A stretch of DNA of 64,000 bases from Stylophora pistillata (taxonomy: Eukaryota). The stretch's first letter is position 1. Each line of letters begins with the position of its first letter. The position numbers were made by a program, and so were the translations under genes. Below the pieces are notes generated by a model that was given only the letters and a program-made list of their open reading frames with translations, did not search any database and was not told where the DNA came from. This document shows positions 1 through 10,900 of the stretch, in pieces. Location: positions 490,793-554,792 of the forward strand of contig NW_019217897.1 in NCBI RefSeq assembly GCF_002571385.2, given 5' to 3'.

Positions 1-256
1 GAGTCTCAGTGACCGCTATAATATCAAAGTTTCTTGAATAAACATCAGCATCGAGGAATGCAGACTTGTTCACTAAACTTCTAGCATTAAATAAAGCAAC
101 TTTAAGTTGTTGGTTTGGGCCTGGATTTGGTTCTATGTCTCCTCCAAGCATCAGTAAACTTGATCGGAAAAGCTTGATTTGATGCCGTAATCGAAGCGAC
201 GCCTTCTTGTAAGTTTGGAGTAGAGTTGAATATCGAAGTCTAGAGCGCACCAAATA
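1..256 (-). mobile_element. 5' part of a CR1/L2-group non-LTR retrotransposon ORF2 (2A-like peptide followed by start of APE endonuclease); runs off the window
   Basis: Minus-strand translation ...LLMLGGDIEPNPGPNQQLKVALFNARSLVNKSAFLDADVYSRNFDIIAVTET. NARSL and DIIAVTET are APE endonuclease N-terminal motifs; DIEPNPGP matches the 2A consensus. Confidence 0.85.
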
Positions 257-937
257 CTAGTCGTGGTCGAATCTTGATCGAATGACCGAGAGTGTAAAAA
301 CACTGTTGCCAGCATTTTTTGGAGGAAAATCAGTTAAAAGAGTCCACAGAATATAAATTAAAAGATACTTTGGGAAGAGAGCTCTGAACCGTGCAATTGC
401 TCAAGCTTCACCAACCTGATAAGTTGCACCAACCTGAAAACGTTCCCTTCCTCTAAAGCCACTTGGATAAACCATGACGGTTTATGTAGAACAATGTCAA
501 TAAGTTGATTTTCAAAGCTATCAATGACAAAACGTAATTATGTTATCCTTATGCTTATGAACACAATATATTTATAGCAATCATGTTTCATTTCACTGTT
601 TTTTTCCACAGGCTGCATAGCTAACCATCCTCGCGAGTTGGTTCCAGTCGTACGAGAGACAAATTAAAGAAGAGTTCAGAGGCTGCCTACAGGATGATCA
701 AAACACTTACCAACTCTAAATCCTCTTAAGAATTTCTTCACTCCAGATGCACATGTACATTGTCCTGTTATCTGAGTTCTTGTAGACAATTAGTATAGAC
801 TCTTTGGAACTTTTCAAAACCGAAGCGATGGCCTCTGAAATGCAGCTGTGTTCAAAGACTAAAAATGACTGAAAAAAATTCAAACCTGTAATAATAACAA
901 TACATATAACACGGCTGTTCATTTGTGATAATCATTG

Positions 938-1372
938 AAAACGTATATGTGCACGATCCTCGAAGTAAAGCATCATTTAAGCAATAGTGAAAATCAGACC
1001 TGAAAAAAATTCAGGCCTGTACGGGATTCGAACCACATAAACCCGTAAGATGATAAATCAAACACAACGAATATATGAAATACCTATATCTAAACTGAGG
1101 TTATGAAACGTATATGTCCACGATCCTCGCAGTAAAGCACTATTATGTCGAATTGATTTAATCGCCTGCTCCCAGTTGGCTTGTTAGTTCAATTGATAGA
1201 GCGCTGCATTAGTATCGCAGCGGTCAGTGGTTCGAATCCCGTACAGGCCTGAATTTTTTCAGCTCTGATTTGCACTATTGCTTAAACAGTGCTTTACTAC
1301 GAGGATCGCGCACATATCCGCTTCATAACCGCAGTTCAGATATATGTATTTCATATATTCGTTGAGTTTGAA
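938..1372. mobile_element. Cluster of tRNA-derived SINE copies: one near-full + copy at ~1165-1372 and truncated - copies at ~938-1145
   Basis: tRNA-like head at 1178-1250 (GGCTTGTTAGTTCAATTGATAGAGC...GGTTCGAATCCCGTACAGGCC) followed by a tail. The reverse complement of the head/tail occurs at 938-1145, and another copy at 38656-38771. Confidence 0.75.
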
Positions 1373-1743
1373 TCATTGACAAGATTTTTCTTTGCTTCAC
1401 TCCTAAAAAAGATTACTCTTGAAATGTTTGTTGCTGCCCAGCTAAAGAAGTAACTCTAATTTAGATTATGGTATATTTGCCAATTCTTACTTCAGGCTCA
1501 ACTCGTGAACTTTTTTATTTAATTCGGAGCTGTTGAGTGTAAACCAATGAAAGCCATGCTCGTGATAACCTGTTAAAAAGCGAAACACATCGAAATTATT
1601 CGAAGTGATTTAAGTCATTCGGCCGGTTTGCTTTCGTTACAACAAATCGTTTGTAATGTAAAGACGGTTTAGTTTTGTTCAATTCACTTTTTGGTGGGTT
1701 ATCACGAGGATGGTTTTCGTTGAATGGAAACCATGCTATGATT

Positions 1744-2384
1744 GCTTACCAGTCGTTTCGTACCCATGGATCTTTCGAGACGAACCAAGACGATTCGTAC
1801 CCAGGCTCAGACATTTCGTACCCACTTTCGATCAGTTCGTACCCAACCCTCTGGTCGATTCGTTCCCAACAAATTATGACACAAAATTTTTAAAATAAAC
1901 ATAGACATTTATTTCGTTTATCCTAGTAGTCGCAAAAAAACTAATTTCTAATCACAGAAACTTTGAAAAGTTATCTTTTAGTTAATACTCTTGAAAAATC
2001 GTGACCTGGTTGACCCATCCTAATATATTTTGCCTACAACTACGCAGCGCCTACGACTAAACGTACCTATTCTACTCATTAAAAAAGCTAGTTTCTAAAT
2101 CATAGTAACGTTGAAAAGATATCTTACTCTTGAAAAATTGTGACCTAGTTCCCCCAGCTGACCTATCCTAATAAATTTTGTCCATTATCACGGAGCGCCT
2201 TACGCAGGCCACTGACACTTTTATTGTTAAGTAAAGTTCAACAATATAACAAATGAGATCACACTTATGCCTTGCGCGTGCGAGCGTGCATATTAATTTG
2301 TTGGGTACGAACTGATCGAAAGTGGGTACGAAACGTCCGAGCCTGGGTACGAAAGATCCATGGGTACGAAACGACAGGATACCC
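1744..2384. mobile_element. Foldback/MuDR-like non-autonomous DNA transposon with tandem-subunit TIRs
   Basis: Left arm has repeated TTCGTACCCA units (~1750-1872); right arm has the inverse TGGGTACGAA units (~2296-2378). Flanked by the 8-bp direct repeat CTATGATT (1736-1743 and 2385-2392). Confidence 0.8.
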
Positions 2385-2554
2385 CTATGATTACCTACCA
2401 AGAAAAGTGACAGAAATTGGAAATGAACGTAATATCCGTATTCGTTACATCTCCACAATAAGAAGAAATATGTGTATGAAGTAGATGTTCACGGTGCACA
2501 TGCTAGAGTTCACCAAGCAGAGTGGAATGGTTGATCAGTGGGGAAGTATAACAA

Positions 2555-2746
2555 GGTAATTATGATTTTTGATAATGTAAATTGGCCAGCTTCAAAGCTG
2601 ACGTTTCGGGCGTTAGCCCTTCGTCAGAACCCTTCACTCTGATGAAGGGCTAACGCTCGAATCGTCAGCTTTGAAACGTCAGCTTTGATAATCTTTACGG
2701 TGGTCAATTTGCGTTATCAACTAAGTTGACAAAACCATAAATTACC
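2555..2746. repeat. Palindromic Penelope-derived repeat with two opposed minimal hammerhead ribozyme motifs
   Basis: Minus strand CTGACGA-A-GGGC-TAAC-GCCC-GAAA-CGTC at 2594-2628; plus strand CTGATGA-A-GGGC-TAAC-GCTC-GAAT from 2639; inverted flanks. Confidence 0.75.
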
Positions 2747-2747
2747 C

Positions 2748-3640
2748 TCGAAATTTGGCCAAGTCGCGCGATTGCAATCTGGCTCGGTGCTCGCCTATGC
2801 AAGGGTCTGCTTGGAATCGTCCTGCACCTATTCCTAGCGGCTCCGATGGTTTGCTTACTATGATATCTCCTTAACTAATACAATATCCAAGGTGAGAGGA
2901 AAGTGTTTTTTCTTATAATAAATGCCCACAGTCTTATACATTCCTGTTATTTTAAGTAAGTTTCAAATGCCTCTTATCTTCGTACGAGAGACAAGATGGG
3001 AGCTCAATTTTTACAGCACTTTCCTCCTCGACATCGTTCTTTTGGTCAGCATCGTTATCAGGACAATTTTCGTCTTTCTCATTATTTTTCGCTTGGTTGT
3101 CGTACGTTACTGAAATAAAAGAGCCAGCAATATTTGAGCCACTGATGTTGAAATTGAATCGATATATATTCACCACTGCAACTCTAAACAAACAAGACCC
3201 AAGTAAGGAATCAAAATCAAGCTACAGGTACCTGATTCAGGAATACTGTTTCCCAGACAATCCTTCGCTCCCATCATCCAGATAAGGGTACTTGGCGCCA
3301 CATCAGGTTCATACCATGATTCAGTGCGCACCTTGGGTGTAAAACACTGAATCCTTGTAAGGTGAAGTTTGTCCTTTGTTGGTAAGTATCATCACGCGGT
3401 CATGATACTTACCAACTTACTGTTAGTCTGAGGAATAAAAAGAAAAACAATATTGAATAACCTTTATCGCACAGAAACGTCTCGCAGACTTGGAGCCTTC
3501 CTCTAGCGCCAAATGAAAACAAGAACCTCGGATTTTATCGAAGGAATGAATGCAGTGCGTCTTATTACAGCACTGGTCAGGTCAAGGTCTTTTTTTTATA
3601 CGTTACATTAACGACGAACTCAGACTTGTTCACAATCGCT
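2748..3640 (-). pseudogene. Fragments of an uncharacterised spliced gene divergent from FARSB, probably degraded
   Basis: Exon-like segments, some with AG/GT ends: ~3353-3232 IQCFTPKVRTESWYEPDVAPSTLIWMMGAKDCLGNSIPES; ~3110-2952 acidic VTYDNQ...; ~2870-2748 GDIIVSKPSEPLG.... Stops and frameshifts occur in neighbouring segments and no family is recognised. Confidence 0.3.
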
Positions 3641-4011
3641 AAAAATAAACATTTTTGAGGCAAAAGGACGACTATACACCTCAGGTAAAGTAATTCAACG
3701 TTTATTTATCATTTATTTATATACATAGTCAGCAATATATCACTATAGGTGAGGCAAACGGTAAATCTGGTACATTCACTATAAAACAACACACGGCTAC
3801 ACAAACAGACTATATTGGCCTGTGGTGTTTCGCGAGTTTCCTAAAACTGGAGACCTCTGTCTAACTTGAGCCCGCGTTCTGAGGAAGTTTCAGAAGACTA
3901 AAAAGACTGGGAACGAGTATAAATGAGGATTGGCTGATGAAATTGCCTTTAGGATTTATTAATTGATTCTTATGATTTTAAAATCTTTTCGTGAAAGGTT
4001 ATTCTTATGAC

Positions 4012-4890
4012 ATGCCGACCGTAGACGTTAAGCGAGACTTGCTATTCAAGGCCATTGGAAAGGTGTATAGTAAGTATTATCGGTTCAAATCGAATACACG
4101 TGGAAGGAATTTTCGAACGAATAGCTAATGAAGCAATGGGAAAGTGAACTAAGTCAGGAGTTGTTTGTTACTTGTTGCAGCTGATGAAGAGTTTGAAGAA
4201 CTGTGCTTTGACTTTGGACTTGAACTGGATGAAGTGGTAGGCATCATCTGCATTATATTTGTGCCGTATATTCTCCATTTTCCGTAGAAAAGAGTCTCGT
4301 TGTTAGTATTATTTGGGATTAAGAGAGTTATCTGGGCCTCCATTAATGGTTGGCTAAAAATTTGCTGTGCACACTATTTAATCAGGGATAAAATGCCTTA
4401 GGATGAATTCTTCTAACAATCAAACTGAGTAGAATCTGACCGTCAGATCTTACAGAGAAATCATGCGCACTTTAAACAAAAATCTAATGAAAGAATGATC
4501 AAAAATATATTTAAACACTCGCTGATTTAGTCACAACCCATACAGGAAATGGATACTGGGAGCTGCTTTCTGCACATACTCCATACCTCATTTTGTTAAT
4601 GTTGTTTTTGTTGATGTTTCTTTTGTGTGTGTGTGTTGTTGATGTTTTCTTTGTGTTGTCCACCAAGTTTCACATGGTGTGATTCTGAAATACACACAGG
4701 TTGAGGGGGAAGAGGAAGGTGATGAAGGAGTTATCTACAAAATTGAAATCCCAGCCAACAGGTGAACTTTGTCATATTTAAATTATGAGCAACTTCTGGA
4801 CTTATCATCTTGCAACTCTTCATAAATCCAGAAACATTCTTTTCAACTTTTATGCTCAAGGCCGTACTCTTCATCCCTTGTAGTACTAAT

Positions 4891-4927
<37 letters not shown>

Positions 4928-7900
4928 ATGTGTGTGTAAGTGTGTATGTGTGTTTCTATTTTGTGTCAATTATTTCCTTTGTTCATGTTGATGTAAATTA
5001 GTCCATCAATTTGATTTTAATTTTGATTACACAGATATGACCTTCTATGTCTGGAAGGAATCTCTAGAGGAATTCAAGTTTTTCTTGGAAAGTGAGTTTA
5101 TGGGAGAATTCTGTTATCTAATTGTCACAAAAGTTTTGTTAAAATGTTTTTTTAATTGATACAAAAAAAGAACTTCCTTGATGAATGCTGCTACAAAAAT
5201 GAATCAAATTTTTGATCTACAAACTATTTCAGCCAACAGAATTTGGTGGCAAGTTTTGAATTTTGTTGCAATGTCCTCTGTATTTCTCTTGTCTTAAAAA
5301 TTCACATTGAAACTAACACCAATTGAGAGCTTAAGGCAGTGAGTTAGTAGATGTATTATTTATGTACAAGGTAGTTGGTTTTGTCAATGTAGTTGATAAT
5401 ATAAACTGGCCACCATAAGGAGTTTCTAAAGCGGAGGTTTCTAATGTTGGCTCTGTTAGAGGACTTGACGAAGGGCTAATGCTCTGACGAAGGGTCAACA
5501 TTCAAAATGTCAGCTCTAGAAAGTCTTTGAGGAGACCCCCCACAAACAGTACCACCAACAGATTCTTCTGAAACTCACCCCCTTACCTAAACTTGCTTTG
5601 ATTAGTGGTCCTCCTTTATTCCTTTTATTTCAGGATAAAGGCACCTAGATACAAAGCTGTGAAACCCAGTGGTGCTTTGCAGAGGTTGAAAATCTCAAAA
5701 AATGTATGTATTTTCTCCCCTGTCCATTTTTATATTATGTAGTTATAGGGTTTGCTTAGAAATGTCTCTGAGTCTGATTTAAATGATTCTTTGGTTCTAA
5801 TTAAAGTCAATGTATGGAAAAAGTGTATTAAGCTATGGTTCCTTGAGGTTACCTCTTATTTTCACTTTTAAGCAGGAAGAGAAGAGAATAACAAAAAAGA
5901 GACTGAAGTGACTTATAGAGGATGTTTTCTTGATAAACCACAGAATTCAATTAAAATGAGGAAACTCTTCAGTCATGGCAGTGAAGGGTTTGAAATTGCT
6001 GCTCTTAAGTCCATTATGAAAGGACAAACATTACTGAGATGCTATCAAAATCCGTGAATTATGTTTTGCATGAATTACATGTTGGAGGTTGCAACCTTTT
6101 AATGAAACTCTAGTACATGTCAAGCAAATAGAGAACTTCTCACCATTTTGGACATTTTACTTAGTTTGAAATCCCATGGAATTCTGAGTTTCCCACAGAG
6201 TAGACTTCTTTATTTTTGAATTCCATGTAAATTTAAGTGTAATTCTTCAACTACTTTTGTTATATCAAGGCTGTGCTCTAAGAAACTTGAAGGGAGCCCA
6301 GTGCTCAGAAACTGTGAAATCCAGGGTGCCCAGCATATGCTTTTTATGAAAAACCTAAGATTCCTGGGTCACCCAAGAACAAATGTAAGGCTCCAGGGGC
6401 CACCGGGCGCTACTAGACCACAGCCCTGTATATGTCTACCAAACAAATGTCTCTTGATGAGTCATTTGGCCATACATGTCAATTAGCAAAGAGATATAAT
6501 TTTGTCAGAGTACAATGTAGATGAAGTGTTTTTTCTCTGTTTTTACAGACAGCTCTTGTCAGACCTCACTGTGTTGCTGCTCTCATAAGAAATATTACTT
6601 TCACTCAGGTAGTGCCATTTATTTTTTAATAATAAAAGTTCTAAATTTAGGCTTCAAAAAATCAATAAGAAAAATGAGAAAAGTGATGGAGATGAAAGAA
6701 GTCAACCAATCAATTACTTGTGGATTTAAAAATCAAAATCATTAATGAAAAATAATGTTTGATGAAAAATTGTAAACATATTGTTTTACAAATACATACA
6801 ACAAAACATCATTAGTCAATTACATACATCACCTGTCATTTATTCTCTGTGTATGAAGAAAGTAACGTGTGAGCTTTTTCTCATTATAACTTCTTTAACT
6901 CAAGGAAAGTTATAACAGCTTCATTGACCTTCAAGATAAACTCCACCACAATCTTTGCCGGCGTAGAAGTCTTGTTGCCATAGGAACTCATGATTTTGAC
7001 ACCCTGCAAGGACCATTTTTGTATGATGCCCTTCCTCCTCAAGAAATCAAATTTATACCTCTTAATCAGGTGAGGCATATAGATTTATTTACTTCACTGT
7101 ACAACATTACGAAAAATAACATTAATTTTCATTCAGTCATTGTAAGGATGCCCCATTACATTCAACAATTAAATTAGATTTGAGATTTGAGATTTGAGAT
7201 AGTTTTGATTGATGAGCCCTACTGAACAAGATTGTATCTGCCTAGACATTTGATGATGTAGTGAAGTACCCAGATTTGTGCACCTGTTGCCCATCTAGGG
7301 TACTTGCTCCCTGCATATCCTTCAGTGCAATTCTGTACTACAAGACTTAAAAATGTATTCCTAAAACTGTAAAGTTTGTGCCAATACCCATTTTTAACAA
7401 AGGTTTATACCAATCCCCTTGAATAGGGTATAGCATAATGGGCCATCACAATGAGATATCCTTGTATGGACCAAGTTTTAGGTAGCAGAACTATTTTTGA
7501 GTCTGATTTTTGTCCTTATAGTCTCCTGGGGTGTCTTGTTACTGAAAAAATGACAATCTACGCAAATGTAATGCAACAAATGTAGCACTTTGATTTGGAA
7601 TTTTTATAAGTTCTCTTTCAATAAATATAACTGTGTACAAGTATATGATGTGCTCCATTTAAGAACCAGCTAAATGGAATGTAAGTTAAGCAAGTGAGAA
7701 GCATTTTATTTGTCTCATTGGCAGAGGATTGGATAATAAGAAGGCAAGCCTACAAGTCTTAGTCCAACTCATTTTCTTTCAGACTAAAGAATTTACTGCT
7801 GTTGAATTGATGGACCTGTATAAGGTAGGAAGCTGCGGAGTTCTTTTGGGAATGTCTTCGTTTTCCTTCCACAAGGTCTTTCACGGTTTTAATCGTTTTT

Positions 7901-10900
7901 GTGCATCAAGAATTGTTGTAAATTTACATTATTCTTACAACAACAAAATTAAAAAATGCCATTACTTAGTGTACACAAATTTTGGTATCTTCCAACCAAA
8001 GATTACTATGAGAGATGTTGAAAATTTGATTAATGAAAATAATTGTTTATATTGTGGAGTGGAAATCTTGTTATACCTCACTGTCTGCAATAAGTTTACA
8101 ATATTATTGTAATTTTTGTTAAACCATTTTTTTTGCCTTCTCTTTTTGCCTGTTTGCATAATTTTGTTTATTCTGTTTAAAGGGCGAAAGCCACTTAAAA
8201 CAGTACCTGTCAATCATCAGGGACAAACCAGTTTATCCTGTTATATTTGATGCCAAAAGTGTTGTGCTGTCAATGCCACCAATTATTAATGGTAAGCTTC
8301 AAAATTGATATGAATTGTTGTGATTTCTTTATGATACAGCTGACATGTAGCCAAGGGAATGTTGAGGGTGCAACATTCATTGGTGAGAAGGACAATTCAT
8401 TGGATGTCAGCCATGATTAACGATGACCAAGACAAAAGAACGTGTATACCAAGAAGTGATTTCTCTGTGTCTTTGGTTTGTACTTAAGTTTGTAAGATTG
8501 TCCTATGGATATCAAAGTGAGGCATAGTTTTATTTTACAAGTGTTCAGTTTTCAGTTATAAACTACTGGTAAGGCTCTGTGGATTTAGTAATGCTTAACT
8601 GACCACAGAAACAATATGCTATTCAAGACTACTCTTTTGGCACAAACCATTTTGTTATTATAAACTTGGTTCACATAATCCATTTTTTAATTACAAGTCT
8701 GATGTTGAATCATTTATAAAATACCTGTTATTTAACAACCTGCCTCCTACATCAGGTGAACATTCCAAAATAACACTCAACACAAGAAATGTCTTCATTG
8801 AAAGTACAGCTACAGACCTTCACAAGGTAAAGTGTTATTACTGATAAGAATGAATACTGTGTTTAAAGTTAACATGACTGAACTTTATGTGTTGCTGTCA
8901 ATCAGGTGATCATACATGTCTACAGTATTTCATATTCAAGACTCCCTCTGTTAACCAGAATGATTTACACCTGAGCAGGGCTCGACACTAATGATAGACA
9001 GTTGGTCACAGACCAGTAGAAATAAAGTTTGGCTAGTGCTTTTAGATTTCCACTAGCCAGTTTTGCTAGTAAACAAACTGAAATTGTCGTAACATCTAAG
9101 TTGTCACTAGCCACTTAGCTTGGAAGTTGGAAAGTTAGTGTTGAGGCCTGCTTGAGGTAACTTTGTTTAACATATCATGCACTAAGTGCATTGGGATATC
9201 CTTTCATTCATAAATGTAGCTAGAATTACCGCAAATGGTACGTACGACCTCAAACTCTTTTGTGGAAGCATCTTAACATCCCTGAACCTAACCTTGCACT
9301 TTAAGAGAAACGTTATGTTTGTTTCTTTTTTTTTTTTTGTTTTGCCTCTGTACATATTTTAAATAATTATGTTAAACAAAGTTACCTCTTAAAAGCACGA
9401 TCATTTCTTTTCATTATTAGGCCAAAATAGTCCTGGATACACTTGTGACAATGTTTAGTGTCTACTGTGATGAACCCTTCATGTAAGTATGGAAGGAGTA
9501 GTTTAAAGATCAATTGAAAAAGCAGACCCAAATTATTTTTTTATCTAAATGTGATTTTTGAAGAACAATGACATTATTTTGAAACACAAGCACTCTTTTG
9601 CATAATAAATATTGCAATGTATCAATCCTCCAGATTTTTGCCACAGTTTCAAGCAAGATGTTAAGACAATTTTGATTCATCAATATTTTTTGTTTTACTA
9701 TCCTTAAAAAAATATGGCAGATCATCTGTAGAAAATAAATAGAAGTTGATTTTAATGATGTAAAAACAAGTCACTAGAGCAAAATTTGGTTTGATTTCTC
9801 AGAAAAAAAAAGTTGGCTCTAAAGAAGTGACTGGTTTGGCTTCAAGTCACTTTCAATAGATATCCTGTTAACTCAAATTCCTTTAATTTCTTGAAGTTTG
9901 AGACAATATCAGTGAATTGTAGGTACATTTATGGCATAGCCATCCGTGTATAGACTTTGCCTAAGTGGTACCAGTAAAACTCACAGGGTACATTTGATAC
10001 TGAAAAAGGCCAAAACACTGTGGCAATGATACAGTAAACTTATTACCAAACCTTTAATGATTAAAATGTGAACCTTTTCTGTCATAGGGTGGAGTCTGTT
10101 GAAGTTGAGCAGTCAGATGGTTCAGTACTTGTTTATCCAGTATGTTACACATCAAACTCACTTTTGCATCACAGGAAGCTAATAAACTACCCTAGCCTGT
10201 CCACAGACCTGTTTTCTCTTGTCCATAGAACTAGAAAAATGAAAGCTGCCAGCAAAATCACCAAGTGGATGTGAATGCCACCGTATTGAAGCTCTTTCAT
10301 GCTCACGTTTCACTCAAAAAAGACAGTTGTGGGCTTACCGTATATTGCTACCCCTTAGTTGATCATTTCTGATATTTTGACCAAGGTTTCATGTGACACA
10401 CAGCAGCACTGTAGGCTATCTCATCAGCCCTTTGTGTGTGATTACCTGTTTGAATCTGCACAAAATGTTGCCTCATGATTTTTCCCATCCTTTTTTTTTT
10501 TTTACACTAGGAACTTAAATATCGCCATGAAGTGGTTAGTGTAGAGCAGATCAACAAGAAAATTGGAATCAAGTAAGATGTTGTTGTAAATCAATTATAT
10601 ACATGAAGCAAGATGACCTATTTCTTAAACTCCATTTATTGAGCTGATTAAATTTTTTTGCCTGTTCACAGGGAATCTCCAGAGAGAGTTGCAGAATTGT
10701 TGACAAGAATGTGCCTTCAAAGTGAAGTTACCGAGGGTGGAAAAAATGTCACAGTTGAAATTCCTCCAACAAGAGCAGATATCCTTTCATAGGACTTCTT
10801 AATCTCGTTTTGAACTGTATACAGTTTTTATCTAAAAGAAAGATGTACTTTAACCACAGCATTGTTGGCATAACCATTGTTCATTTGCCATGTACATCCG

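Noticed and set aside
1178-1250. tRNA gene
   Set aside because: The cloverleaf is imperfect and the sequence continues into a tail repeated elsewhere in the window, so it is a SINE head.
1750-1872. Short repeats with variable spacers resembling a CRISPR array
   Set aside because: Units are only ~20 bp, are mirrored at 2296-2378 and are bounded by a TSD, so they are TIR subunits of a eukaryotic transposon; no cas genes are present.
6955-6966. Apparent GC donor in FARSB after HNLCR
   Set aside because: The reading frame continues directly into [11 protein letters not shown], so there is no intron here.
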